Below are positions 21,250 to 32,153 of a DNA stretch of 64,000 nt, in pieces. Source of the DNA: a bacterium (GTDB taxonomy: Bacteria; SM23-31). A program made the position numbers and the translations under genes. A model generated the notes under the pieces. It worked only from the letters and a program-made list of their open reading frames with translations. It searched no databases and was not told the origin of the DNA. Location: contig OZ244870.1 in the NCBI GenBank assembly GCA_965221205.1, forward strand, positions 1,374,782-1,438,781, read 5' to 3'. Position 1 is the first letter of the stretch, and each line of letters begins with the position of its first letter.

Positions 21250-21906
21250 TTACGTTTTCTTTACCAATGTACCCAAGTCAAGGGCGATCACTTTACCGGG
21301 GAACGACTCAATGAGTTTATAATTGTGTGTTGCAACAACAATAGCTATCCCGCGGCGGTTCAATGTCTGCAAAAGCATGAATATTTCACAAGCTGTTTCA
21401 GGGTCAAGGTTACCCGTCGGTTCATCTGCAAAAATAACCAGAGGATCATTCGAAATAGCCCGTGCAATACTGACTCTTTGAAGTTCTCCTCCGGAGAGTT
21501 CCCCAATTTCTGAATTACGCTTAGTGAGCATGCCAACGCTCGTAAGTGCTTTAATTGTCTTGCGTTTAGCATTGCGTGATGGCAATCCGGTTGCTCTCAA
21601 TGCAAAGGTGATATTTTCAAACACGTTTCTGTCTGACAGGAGTTTGAAATCCTGGAAGACTATCCCCATGCGCCTTCTCACGGATGCTATGTGATGCGGT
21701 TTCAGAGACAGTGAATTCAAATGCTCAAAAGTAATGTGACCCTCCTTGAGAGGAACATCAAAATACATTGAACGGAGCAAAGTCGTTTTTCCCGCACCGG
21801 TTGGTCCTATGATATAGAGATAATCGCCCCTTGACACAGAAAGATTTATCTTTTTCAATCCTGGGGATTGCCCAAAGTTGATGGAAGCGTTATGGAGATT
21901 GAGCAT
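21250..21906 (-). CDS. ftsE: cell-division ABC ATPase FtsE
   Basis: Walker A GPTGAGKTT, signature LSGGELQR, Walker B IFADEPTGNLD. Confidence 0.85.
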   Translation of the reverse strand: MLNLHNASINFGQSPGLKKINLSVSRGDYLYIIGPTGAGKTTLLRSMYFDVPLKEGHITFEHLNSLSLKPHHIASVRRRMGIVFQDFKLLSDRNVFENITFALRATGLPSRNAKRKTIKALTSVGMLTKRNSEIGELSGGELQRVSIARAISNDPLVIFADEPTGNLDPETACEIFMLLQTLNRRGIAIVVATHNYKLIESFPGKVIALDLGTLVKKT

Positions 21907-21915
21907 AGTAAAATT

Positions 21916-22767
21916 CTACGGTTTTTTAATGAATATATGTACCCGTTCGCATCGCTCTTCAGCAGGATCAAAGGTATAATCCTTAAACATTCGGACTTGG
22001 CCAGGCAAGATTTCTTCCAGTATGTTCCGGATATCCTGTATGGGATAAATATACTGCTCGTGACATTCGTTCCAGACCGATCCGTTAATAGTTGAAGTTA
22101 TGGTAAACTCTGTTAATTGTTTTCGCTTTCCCTGAATGTAACGGCTGTTCCGGATATAGGAATAAGAGTTGTAAGAATCCGATGCCGAATTGTTGTTAAA
22201 GTTACGGACCGAATTGTATTCGGTGCACATATCAAAAATAAACACGCCACCGGAACACAGCTTCGATACAATCAATTGAACAGTTTTTTGAATATCTTGT
22301 AATGATGTAAGATAGTTTATGCTGTCGTATATGCACAGAATTGTATTGAATCCCGAATAAACCGGAGGGTGAGTCATGTCTGAACGGATGAAACGGCACC
22401 TGTTCCCCGACACTTGTTTTCGGAATAATTTTTTTTGTGCCTGCTTTAGCATTTCTGGCGAGCGGTCTGCTGCTGTAACCGACAAGCCCGACTGAACCAG
22501 TTCGAAGGTTATATTACCGGTTCCGCAGGCCAGCTCGAGAATTTTTTTGGGAATATGGTTATGAATATGGCAAAGCAATAAAACATAATCTGCCCATGCT
22601 TTATAATCAACATGGACCATGAGATGGTCGTAAAGTTCTGCAAGTACCGAATAAGGATCAGTTTGTTGAGGAGCGCCGGTGTACGATTGCTGCTGCAAGT
22701 CTAATAGCCTCCATGTAACCGATATGATCAGCTTTCCCTTTCCCTGCAATATTGAGCGCGACACCAT
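21916..22767 (-). CDS. class I SAM-dependent methyltransferase
   Basis: LELACGTGN motif I. The 5' end overlaps the pdxA 3' end in the ORF track, so the real start is probably later. Confidence 0.6.
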   Translation of the reverse strand: MVSRSILQGKGKLIISVTWRLLDLQQQSYTGAPQQTDPYSVLAELYDHLMVHVDYKAWADYVLLLCHIHNHIPKKILELACGTGNITFELVQSGLSVTAADRSPEMLKQAQKKLFRKQVSGNRCRFIRSDMTHPPVYSGFNTILCIYDSINYLTSLQDIQKTVQLIVSKLCSGGVFIFDMCTEYNSVRNFNNNSASDSYNSYSYIRNSRYIQGKRKQLTEFTITSTINGSVWNECHEQYIYPIQDIRNILEEILPGQVRMFKDYTFDPAEERCERVHIFIKKP

Positions 22768-23680
22768 GATCGGGAGAAGTCCGAACTATGGGAAGTCCTG
22801 CAGATACATTGACTCCCGAAAATCCACAATACATTTTAAACGGAATGAGTCCCTGGTCATGATAGAGCGCAAGAATTCCGTCATAGTTATTCATATTTGA
22901 CTCAATAAACAACGTGTCGGACGGATGTGGTCCCGACCACTCCGCCGGTATACCCCGAAGCTCTTTTATAGCGGGTTCCAGCATAGTTTTTTCCTCATTA
23001 CCAAAGTTGCCTCCTTCACTGGCATGGGGATTGAGGCTGCAAAGAGCGATACGAGGATTGAGGATTCCAAAATCTGACACAAGAGATTTGTAAAATAGCA
23101 TCCCTTTTTCAACAATGAGTTCGGTAGTCAGCGATTCTGCGACTGATTTCAGCGGAATATGTGTGGTAACTAGCCCTACTCTCAGGTTATTATACGCCAT
23201 AATCATGAGTACCTGCTCACTTCCCACTGTTTCGGCGATCCATTCTGTCTGTCCGTTGAAATTGGTGTAGAGGGAAAAGAATGTCTTTTTCATTATAGGC
23301 CCGGTTACTACTCCCTGACAGGACCCCGCTTTCCAGCAGTCTACCGCTTCTTTCAGACAATCATAAGCATTCCCGCCAGATGTGACAGTAGATCGTCCCG
23401 GAGTAAAATCGTCAGTATCAATTTGAAAAATTGTTGAAGGAGTCCTGAGATTTTCCAGTGCGGCCTTGTATCCTGACTTGAACTTTTTTTGTTCATCCGA
23501 TGAAAAGCGGTCGAATGCAAAACTGAAAATGTTTTCGAATCCGATTACCTGATATGTATAAGATGATCGCAGTTCTGGATCGGAAAGTGATTTTATAAGA
23601 ATTTCCGGTCCGACACCGTTATAATCTCCTGCTGTCAAAGCAATAGTTATGTTTTTCATATTACATCCCTGTTGGCACAT
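22658..23680 (-). CDS. pdxA: 4-hydroxythreonine-4-phosphate dehydrogenase
   Basis: PdxA-family sequence along its length; C-terminal metal-binding His region. Confidence 0.85.
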   Translation of the reverse strand: MCQQGCNMKNITIALTAGDYNGVGPEILIKSLSDPELRSSYTYQVIGFENIFSFAFDRFSSDEQKKFKSGYKAALENLRTPSTIFQIDTDDFTPGRSTVTSGGNAYDCLKEAVDCWKAGSCQGVVTGPIMKKTFFSLYTNFNGQTEWIAETVGSEQVLMIMAYNNLRVGLVTTHIPLKSVAESLTTELIVEKGMLFYKSLVSDFGILNPRIALCSLNPHASEGGNFGNEEKTMLEPAIKELRGIPAEWSGPHPSDTLFIESNMNNYDGILALYHDQGLIPFKMYCGFSGVNVSAGLPIVRTSPDHGVALNIAGKGKADHIGYMEAIRLAAAIVHRRSSTN

Positions 23681-24413
23681 CGATAAATACCGTTTTCAAT
23701 CCGAAACGCTTTTCAAGGAGACTGCCGAGACAGCGGACTCCGAGTGTTTCGGTTGCATAATGGCCGGAGAAAATTAGATTAACCTGTAACTCTTTCGCAA
23801 GGTGATAACTTGTATGGTCTGCTTCTCCTGTAATGAAAAGGTCGATATCCGTACCTGTCACCTGCTCAAGGACCGATGTTCCCCGACCGGATATGACGCC
23901 TATGTGACGTATCTGGTCGTTTCCGAAGCGATATACAAGCGGATCAATGAAAAGCTCACTGTTCAGTTTATCTATAATAGATTGTATTCCAACAGGATCT
24001 CTTCTCCTACCGACATAGCCGATTGGAATACCGTGATAAATGCCGAAGGGTTCCGAAACATCGTATCCAAGCAGACGGATCAACTCAACATTATTTCCGA
24101 CTTCAGGATGCAGATCGAGTGGAAGATGTACTGCGTACAACGATATTCTGTTATCAAAAAGTAATTTAATCCGTTCAGCATGAATTCCCCGGAGCGGGTA
24201 GACCTTTCCCCAATATATGCCGTGATGTGCAAGCAACAAATCTGCACGCAATGATGCAGCTTTCATAAATGTTTCTGCACAAGCATCTGTTGCAAGTGCA
24301 ATCGTGTTCACTTCTTCATTTCCTTCAACCTGCAGCCCGTTCAGAGCAGTGTCGTCGATCTCATTTACTGATAAATAATCGTCGAGAAAATATGTCAGTT
24401 CGTTCAGTTTCAT
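23661..24413 (-). CDS. Nif3-family dinuclear metal centre protein (YqfO/YbgI-like)
   Basis: NGLQVEG near the N-terminus, LLLAHHG, and the HLPLDLH motif. Confidence 0.8.
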   Translation of the reverse strand: MKLNELTYFLDDYLSVNEIDDTALNGLQVEGNEEVNTIALATDACAETFMKAASLRADLLLAHHGIYWGKVYPLRGIHAERIKLLFDNRISLYAVHLPLDLHPEVGNNVELIRLLGYDVSEPFGIYHGIPIGYVGRRRDPVGIQSIIDKLNSELFIDPLVYRFGNDQIRHIGVISGRGTSVLEQVTGTDIDLFITGEADHTSYHLAKELQVNLIFSGHYATETLGVRCLGSLLEKRFGLKTVFIDVPTGM

Positions 24414-24428
24414 CTCAAATCCGTTGTA

Positions 24429-25640
24429 TTAAATTTGTTGTTTGATCTGTGCATTGTTCCACCACCATTGCGATGTTTTTCGAGCTCCATATCCGAGTGT
24501 AATATCGAGCTTTAAAATGAGTCTGCGAAGTGGGGATCCGGCCAGACGAATAAATATTTTCTGCAACCAACCGGGATACTTTTTATTATAGGGACAGACG
24601 CGGATACATATTGAACAGTCGCTATTTTGATTCGCCCAGAATCCAAAACATTTTTCCGCATCTGTTGTCCATTTTTTTAAGCCGACAAAGTTCGATTTAT
24701 TGATTGGTTCATCGGCCGGAGTTTCATTGGTGATTGCTTTCGGTGGACAGGCATCGGTACAGCGCCGACAGATATCGCAGAACTCTTTGACACCGAACTT
24801 GACAGGTTTATCATTAACCAGAGGCAGATCGGTGAAAACCTTTCCGAGGCGCACACGTGGGCCGAATTCTTTTGTGATAAGAAGACTGTGCCGACCGTAC
24901 TCTCCGAGACCAGCCTGAATTGCATACGGAATTGTAAGAGCCGTATCGTTAAGACTTGCTAACGCACGGTAACCCAGATTTTGTATATATTGTGCTAGAC
25001 CAAGCAGAATTACAGTATCCATCGCATAGCCTAAACCTGTTGCCGAACCGCTTAATGCAGATGGATTTGTTTTCACAAGTTCATAATCCATCTCGGTAGC
25101 TATAACAATTACATGCGAAAAACCATCCGGTAAGTCGGTCTCCTTTTCCTGCTTGGTTCTTTGGCTGTACTTATGTGAATATACCCAATTCTCATCATAA
25201 GCGGTAATGCCCACAAGATCGGCACCGAACATCTTACCGACCTGCTTAATCTCATTGCTCATTACTACAGGATCATCAACAGGAATCTTCGAATCTGGTG
25301 CGCTCTGATGTACCGAATACTCGTCGTGATATCCTTCACGCCTGTCCTCATCAGATTTTAATTCTGCAAAAATGTCGGTAACATGCCAAGAGGCGTTGCG
25401 CAATGCATAATCTTTCTGTCCAAATCCAACTGCCCGCTTAAAGCCCTGTACCTGTTTCCGGTACGTTTCAAAAAAGATTTCAGTCTTTTTTGACCGGATC
25501 GAATTATCCCAGAAGGCCCTGCAGAAAATATCGTTTTTTTGCCTGAACCGCTGAAAATTTGGCAGTATAGAATAGCCGTTATCCTGTTTGCTGTTCTGAT
25601 TATCGGAATTTATAGGAGAATTCTGCTTTCTGTTATTCAT
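24429..25640 (-). CDS. 4Fe-4S reductive dehalogenase-like / epoxyqueuosine reductase (QueG)-family protein
   Basis: Two ferredoxin-type clusters: CDICRRCTDACPPKAI and CSICIRVCPYN. Also a GADLVGI motif. 403 aa. Confidence 0.5.
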   Translation of the reverse strand: MNNRKQNSPINSDNQNSKQDNGYSILPNFQRFRQKNDIFCRAFWDNSIRSKKTEIFFETYRKQVQGFKRAVGFGQKDYALRNASWHVTDIFAELKSDEDRREGYHDEYSVHQSAPDSKIPVDDPVVMSNEIKQVGKMFGADLVGITAYDENWVYSHKYSQRTKQEKETDLPDGFSHVIVIATEMDYELVKTNPSALSGSATGLGYAMDTVILLGLAQYIQNLGYRALASLNDTALTIPYAIQAGLGEYGRHSLLITKEFGPRVRLGKVFTDLPLVNDKPVKFGVKEFCDICRRCTDACPPKAITNETPADEPINKSNFVGLKKWTTDAEKCFGFWANQNSDCSICIRVCPYNKKYPGWLQKIFIRLAGSPLRRLILKLDITLGYGARKTSQWWWNNAQIKQQI

Positions 25641-25731
25641 ACGTGCTTCATTTATACTTGATCAATAGGGACATACCATGTAATGCATTCACTTTCATCG
25701 AAAACGGTAATTCTGGTAGCACCATGCAATT

Positions 25732-26130
25732 TCAATGATGATAACTTTTGTAATTCCTGCAAGCAACACGGCAAACAACATTCCAAATTACACCGAGAAA
25801 TGTACCGCCGGCAAACACAGTAAATATAATGATTAAAGGATGCAGATCAACACTTTTTGCGACGACAGTCGGCTGAATTAAAGTCACATCAATTATCTGA
25901 ATGATTACAAAAAGTAGTATAATAATCGGAAGTGCTTCAAACGAACCCGATTCTACGATCGACATAATAAATAGTAGAATAATTCCCTTCAGTGGTGTTA
26001 GAACTACCCAGAGGACAAATCCGGAAAGCGCGACAAGAAAACCGATAAGTAGTATTATCAAAAGAGAGCGCAGCCAGGAGGCAGAAGTCTCGTTAAATGT
26101 TTCTTCCTGAAGAAAGCGTGAATCTTCCAT
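25732..26130 (-). pseudogene. AI-2E (UPF0118) family transporter, C-terminal fragment only
   Basis: LHPLIIIFTVFAGGTFLGVIW resembles the AI-2E C-terminal consensus. Only 132 aa of an expected ~350. The end is probably frameshifted. Confidence 0.4.
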
Positions 26131-26160
26131 AAATGTGCAGTACGTTTATGTGTATAACAA

Positions 26161-26688
26161 TTATATTTCCAGTTCGCTTTGAGATAATGTCGAATAATAT
26201 AAGGAGATAAACTCTCTGTTTAACTCCACAAGCCGCTCAGAAATTATATTAGTTAAATTGAGATAATATTTATTGGTGGTGCGCACATTTCTGCCGGTCA
26301 TTTTTCGGAAATTATCATATGTTAAGATAAGAATCTGACTTGGTGCGGCAACGGTACACGTCAGTGATGAAAATTCCGGATCAACGAGATTAGCCTCACC
26401 AAACGATTGCCCAGACTCAAGCAAAACAATCTGTTTTCCAAGGCTGTCCCTGAGTGTCTCTTTCACTTCCACAGATCCTTTTTTAATGATACTGAATCGA
26501 GTGTCAACAGGTCCGGAACAGGTAAATACCGTACCTGTGTCAAAGGAGTGTTCCTCAAAGTATGGTTCGATATATGTGAAGAAGGAACTTCTGAATTCCG
26601 CAAAAAACAGGATGAGAACGCACAGCTTCATCTGCAAAGATTTCCGGGTATCGCTTTTGAATAGAATAACGCATTCGTATACAAACAA
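26161..26688 (-). CDS. cyclic-nucleotide-binding domain protein (no HTH)
   Basis: cNMP-binding beta-roll signature GxxFGE (ESGQSFGEANL). 175 aa. Confidence 0.55.
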   Translation of the reverse strand: MFVYECVILFKSDTRKSLQMKLCVLILFFAEFRSSFFTYIEPYFEEHSFDTGTVFTCSGPVDTRFSIIKKGSVEVKETLRDSLGKQIVLLESGQSFGEANLVDPEFSSLTCTVAAPSQILILTYDNFRKMTGRNVRTTNKYYLNLTNIISERLVELNREFISLYYSTLSQSELEI

Positions 26689-26934
26689 TAAATTGATTCA
26701 ATGATCGGACATAACGTACAGTTAAATATAGACATGGAGCCTTCTGAAATCAAGCAATTTTTCTTGTAAAGTTTTGTGGTAATCTGTGGCATATGTTTTG
26801 CCATTATTTGAATTGCAGGAGTGCGGCCGCTCCATTATGCATAGTGCTGAGGAGTTATAGAAAACTTTTGTGTTGATTTTTTAGATTTTACAGACCATAT
26901 TTAAGTCTATTCTCGATTTATTGAACGGATATTC

Positions 26935-28122
26935 ATGAGACTCTTTTACGTCATACTCTTAGTGCTGTTTCTTATTTTCCCGGCACATCTTTCTGCCCGA
27001 CAAGTCAGCAGTACAGGGGAACTTGCACGAATCCGTTCGGAAATTGAATCTTTCAAGCAGCGGTTGGCCACAAACACGACTCAGGAAAAATCTCTTCTTG
27101 AAAGTCTTCAAGAACTTGAGTACGAAATTTCACTCCGTGAAAATCTAAAGCGTGAGTTGGAGAACAGAGAAAATACACTTACATCACAAATGCAGTCAAA
27201 CTCGTCTATTCTGAATACGTTGTCAAATGATCTTCAGCTTGTTCGGCATGTATTCCGGAAACGTGCTGTCAATATGTATAAATATTCTCGCTCCCGTTCC
27301 AAGTTGAATTTTCTTTCGGCAGATTCATTTCAGAATCTCCCTTCACTGCTTAAATATTACACAATTCTTGCTGAGCGTGACAGACGGATTCTTGTGGACA
27401 TCAGCATGAAAACTGATAAAACGAAATCGGTTTCGGACAGGCTTTCCAGTGACATAAATGAGCAATCTCGGCTTGTGCGGGAAGTGTTAGCAGAAGAGCG
27501 CATATTACAGAAAAAACTATCCGAGCGTCAACAACTTCTCTCGACTCTGCAGGCCGATAACAACAGTATGCGGGAAGTGTTAGCTGGACGCCAAAAAGCA
27601 GAACAGGATATCATTGCTACGATGACGGCGATTGTTGAAAATGACAGGAGTAATGTTGTTTTTTCAGAAACAATTTCTGGAGAACCATTTTCGTGGACAA
27701 AAGGAAAATTACAATATCCTGCCGAAGGAACGATAGTATCACATGCAGGAATAGAAAAAAATTCAATGAAGAAAACTCAGACAGTCAATCACGGAATAGA
27801 AATTGTGTCTGAATCCGATACAAGAGTCAGAGCTGTTTATGATGGAAGGATTGCACAGATTAAGTGGCTGCCCTGGTTTGGACAGACTGTGTTTGTTCAA
27901 CACACCGAAGGATATTACACAGTTTATGCGCGGTTATCCGATATTGTTGTTCATCCTGGCGATATTGTTACCCCACAGCAGTTGATCGGAAAATTTGGAG
28001 GAGATATTTCTTCATCACTCAATACCTTACACTTCCAGATATGGAAAGGATCGGAGACGCTCGATCCTGAAGAATGGTTTGTATCTTCTTACCGGGGAGT
28101 ATCGGGAAATGAAGATGATTAA
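26935..28122 (+). CDS. M23 peptidase / murein hydrolase activator (EnvC-like) with N-terminal coiled coil
   Basis: Signal peptide, long coiled-coil region, and a C-terminal M23 domain with HTEGYYTVYARL and HLHFQIW. Confidence 0.85.
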   Translation: MRLFYVILLVLFLIFPAHLSARQVSSTGELARIRSEIESFKQRLATNTTQEKSLLESLQELEYEISLRENLKRELENRENTLTSQMQSNSSILNTLSNDLQLVRHVFRKRAVNMYKYSRSRSKLNFLSADSFQNLPSLLKYYTILAERDRRILVDISMKTDKTKSVSDRLSSDINEQSRLVREVLAEERILQKKLSERQQLLSTLQADNNSMREVLAGRQKAEQDIIATMTAIVENDRSNVVFSETISGEPFSWTKGKLQYPAEGTIVSHAGIEKNSMKKTQTVNHGIEIVSESDTRVRAVYDGRIAQIKWLPWFGQTVFVQHTEGYYTVYARLSDIVVHPGDIVTPQQLIGKFGGDISSSLNTLHFQIWKGSETLDPEEWFVSSYRGVSGNEDD

Positions 28123-28204
28123 AAAAAATAGCAAAAAATTAAGTTTGATAAGCGATTGCCGATAATAATACTGAGTCGCTTATTGCCATAATAAACTCAC
28201 CGTA

Positions 28205-28240
28205 AGCCGAACGGAGCAATCCGTTCGGTTTTCCTTTTTT
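28205..28240 (+). terminator. Rho-independent terminator after the M23 peptidase gene
   Basis: ccgaacgg-agcaat-ccgttcgg followed by TTTTCCTTTTTT. Confidence 0.65.
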
Positions 28241-28485
28241 ATATACCTGTTAACATTATACTTATCTGACGTTTTATCTCGGAAATTCTTAAGTATCAGT
28301 ATGTACAACACCTACATACTCTGCCACTGTAATATCAGTTCCGTCCGGTATACACAAACAACGTGCTTTCTTCATTCAAAAATATAGTATGCTGCAGTAT
28401 TTTCTGGAACTTTCTCACGGATAACGTGATTATCAATAGAAAGAGCACGATACGAGAACAATCTAATTTAATTATTGGAGATATT

Positions 28486-28680
28486 ATGGGAAAGGCCATG
28501 CTCACTGTTGTCATACGAGAAAACGAATCGTTTGATAAAGCAGTACGTAGGTTTCAGACAGAGTGTAAGAAAGCGGGAATAATTCAATCTGCTCAACGGA
28601 AAATGTATTATGAGAAGCCGAGCCGGAAACGGTATTTGAGCAAAATTAAGTTAAAAAGCGGGAATGGAACACTCCACTAA
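28486..28680 (+). CDS. rpsU: 30S ribosomal protein S21
   Basis: VVIRENESFDKAVRRFQTECKKAGI...YYEKPS matches the S21 consensus (VREnEpfdvALRRFkrscekaG). The exact start is uncertain (28486 or 28498). Confidence 0.75.
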   Translation: MGKAMLTVVIRENESFDKAVRRFQTECKKAGIIQSAQRKMYYEKPSRKRYLSKIKLKSGNGTLH

Positions 28681-29463
28681 TTTTAAAGCGACCCGATAGG
28701 GCACTTTAAAATTGTGAATAAAGTTGATAGATACCGAGATCGGAATTTCTATAAATATAGGATGTTCCGGAGTGAAATATTCTCAATTTATGTAAAGACC
28801 TTCAGGAATTTATATGTCGTCTGTGTCTTCATCTTCTCCATTGTGGACATAGAGGTTGTATTGAACCAAAAACAGAGAGACGTTTTAACTATTTACACAG
28901 TAAATAGTGTTTACGCTCAGCACAATGGGAATAAATGGTTTATGGCGATTGTCATGGTTGTCAATTCCAAGAAAAGCCTGTCCAGTTGCCAGCTTGGCTG
29001 CAACCTGGGCATTACGCAACAAAAAGAAAAATCCATAGCTTGAGAAAACCCCCGTGTAGTAATTTAGTATCCAGTGTCAGACAAGATGCTCTCAAAGACA
29101 GCTCTCAAATCCGCGTTAAAGAATCTCCCTGAAATATAAAATAATTGTTGGTTGTTGTATAGAAATTTTATATTTTCGTTGGGGGACCCTCCCAAAGCCT
29201 GGTGAATAGTTAGGAACTTTTACGCCACGCCTTCGGTCGAATCAGCAAACGATACTGTTGTGATGACCGGCGGATCGTTGACCTTTCGCGCTGGGGTGGA
29301 TGAGGCGGCGAAGATCGCCCGTGAGCTGCGGGAGGTCTCATCAAAAACCGCTCAACACTGCGGAATCGTGATCGTGCAAAAGCGATAGCACCCCGGAGCT
29401 TCAAAGGCCAAGTGCGGTGACACCTGAATATATCGAAGCGCTCTCGGAGCTTTAGGGACAAAC

Positions 29464-32150
29464 ATGACGGGGACAATGATTTCAGATTACTTAATGAAGA
29501 AGGCGCAAGAGCTTCCCAGCGGCGCGCACTTCTACCGCTGCGCCTTGCAGGTAAACCCTTTCGCCTATTTGATCCGGTACAAAAAGCAAACGTCGTTCCA
29601 AAGTGAGGCGGAGTATAACGCGGCGATCATTGACGCGTGCCAGGAGGCGGAAATCAAGGTTATCGGTGTTACGGATCACTACCGGTTCGATGAATCGAAG
29701 GGCCTCTGGTCAAGGCGGCCCGCGATGCCGGGCTGTTCGCCTTCAGCGGCTTCGAGGCCGTCACCAAGGACGGCGTGCATTTTCTGTGCCTGTTCGATCC
29801 CGACAAGGACGATATACTCGAACGGTTCATTGGCGACTGCGAAGTTTATGATACGAAAGCGGCCTCGCCGACGGGAAGGTTCGATTCTACTGAACTGCTC
29901 GTCCAGGTGAAAAAGTGGGGTTCGGTCTGCGTGGCAGCACATGTCGCGGCCGAGGGAGGGCTTTTGAAAAAGCTCAATGGGCAGCCTCGCGCCAATGCGT
30001 GGAAGTCACCGGACCTACTAGCCTGCGCCCTTACCGGTCCGATTGCGGATGCGCCGGAAAACATCCGGCCTATTCTTGAGAACAAGGACGCGGCACACAG
30101 GCGCAACCGTCCTGTGGCCGTGATAAACGCCTCGAATGTGAACAGCCCCGAGGACCTGAAAAAGGAAGGAGCATTCTGTTTCGTCAAGATGTCGAGCATC
30201 TCCGTCGAAGGCTTGCGGCAGGCCTTCCTTGACCCTGAATCGCGGATCCATCTCAAGAGCGATCCGCAACCGGAACCGCACGCGGAGTTTCTGGCGGTGA
30301 CGTGGGAAGGTGGGTTCCTCAGCGATACATCCGTTCACTTCAACGGCAATCTGAATGTCCTGGTCGGCGGGAGAGGAACAGGTAAATCGACAATGATCGA
30401 GAGCATGCGCTATGCGCTTGGGCTGGATCCGCTCGGAGAAGAGGCTCGCAAGGCCCATGAAGGTGTTATCCGGCATGTGCTTCGCTCCGGAACCAAAGCC
30501 TCCTTGCTGGTGCGATCGCATAAGCCTTCCGAGCGGTACTATACTATCGAGCGATCGGTCCCGAATCCGCCGATCGTGAAGGACGAAACCGGGGCAGTTC
30601 TGACGCTCTCGCCGAAGGACGTGATGCCGGGTGCGGAGGTCTTCGGACAACACGAGATATCGGAACTCACCAAAAGCCGGGAAAAGCTGACACTGCTGCT
30701 GGAGCGGTTTGTTGACAGCGATCCAACACTGTCGGGGCGAAAGTTGAAGCTCAAGCTCGAGCTCGAACACTCGCGAAGCCGTATCATGGAGGTGCTCCGC
30801 GAGATGAAAGCTCTCGACGAGCGACTTGCGGCCCTTCCGGCTCTGGAAGAGACACAAAAGCGTTTCCAGGAAGCCGGGCTTGAAGAACGTCTGAAAGAGA
30901 GGAGCCTCGTCATTCGGGAAGAGCGCGTATTCGTGAGTGTCGGCGAACGACTTGATCCTGTCCGCACGCTCCACAGGGAATTGGTCGAGATGCTTCCCTT
31001 TGATGCCGCCTTCGTCTCCCCAAAGGCTTTGGAGGGACTCCCGAATGCGGCTATCTTGGAGAGGGTCGGATCGATTCTGTGGATGCTGAGCTCGAAGCTC
31101 AAGGCGATCCGCCGATCAGCTCGCCAAAGCGTTAGCGGAAGCGGACAGCGCTGTTGCCGGAACGAAAGCCCGATGGGAGAAGAAACGGGAAGTCATCGAA
31201 GACACCTATGAGAAGCTCCTGCGGGAGCTTCAGAAATCGAAGATCGACGGAGCCGAGTTCATCCGTCTGCGAAAGCAGCTTGAAGAGCTTCGACCGTTGC
31301 GGGAAAAGAAAGAGGACCTGAAGCGTTACTTAGCCAGTCACGAGAAGCACCGCCGCAAGCTGCTTGTCGAATGGGAGGACACCAAGGCAAGCGAGCATCG
31401 TGAGTTTCGAAGTGCGGCGAAGAAAGTTTCTCGCAAGCTCGGGGATCGGGTTCAGGTGGAAGTTACCATGGCGGGAAATCGTGATGCCGCTCGAGCGGCT
31501 CTTACGCAAGGTCGGGGGAAACCTGAGCGCCGCTCTGGAGCGGCTGCGTTCGCTGGACCAACTTTCGCTGCCGGACTTGGCGCAGTGCTGCCGTGAAGGG
31601 AAAGAGGCGCTGATGAAGAAATACTTCTTGCCGACAGGTTCGGCCGAGCGAATTACGCAAGCAGGCCCGGCCCTGTTCATGAGAATTGAGGAGTTGGACC
31701 TTCCGGCCGGCGACGACAAAGATCGAATTGAACACAGCACCGGACGGCGAGCCGTCCTCGTGGCAGACGTTGGAAACGCTATCGACCGGCCAGAAGGCAA
31801 CGGCTGTGTTGCTCCTTCTGCTGTTGGAGTCTGAAGCCCCGCTTGTTGTCGATCAGCCGGAAGACGACCTCGACAATCGGTTCATTACCGAGGGCGTGGT
31901 GCCGATTATGCGGCAGGAGAAACGCCGTCGGCAATTCGTCTTTTCGACCCACAACGCGAACATTCCAGTCCTCGGCGATGCGGAGTTGATCTTGGGCCTG
32001 GCGTCGGGAGAGGTTGGGGAAGGACATGCCAGAATAGCTACCAAGCATATGGGTTCAATTGACTCCAGACCGGTCCGCGAGCTGGTGGAAGAGATCCTCG
32101 AAGGGGGCAAGGATGCCTTCGAGATGCGGCGTTCCAAGTACGGGTTCTGA
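29464..32150 (+). pseudogene. PHP phosphoesterase + SMC/RecF-like ABC ATPase fusion (ppl-like defence gene), broken into at least 5 frames
   Basis: PHP motifs VIGVTDHYRFDE and GVHFLCLFD, Walker A VLVGGRGTGKSTM, coiled-coil middle, ABC signature LSTGQKATAVLLLLL, and Walker B/D-loop LVVDQPEDDLD. The pieces are ORFs 29464-29910, 29775-31211, 31297-31596, 31364-31834 and 31686-32150. Confidence 0.55.
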
Positions 32151-32153
32151 ATT

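Noticed and set aside
28714-29043. 109-aa ORF between rpsU and the island.
   Set aside because: Low-complexity Val/Phe/Tyr-rich, no RBS or motifs. It could be the eroded AT-rich edge of the island but is not callable.
29210-29476. 88-aa minus-strand ORF at the island's left edge.
   Set aside because: Arg/Pro-rich, GC-driven and without motifs. The plus strand here reads as a short GC-rich protein remnant instead (…VVMTGGSLTFRAGVDEAAKIARELRE…), which I could not assign with confidence.
30018-31102. Long minus-strand ORFs (318 aa and 187 aa) antisense to the PHP-ATPase gene.
   Set aside because: High-GC DNA produces long stop-free antisense frames. The proteins are Arg/Ser/Pro-rich low complexity with no motifs, whereas the sense strand carries Walker A/B and ABC signature motifs.
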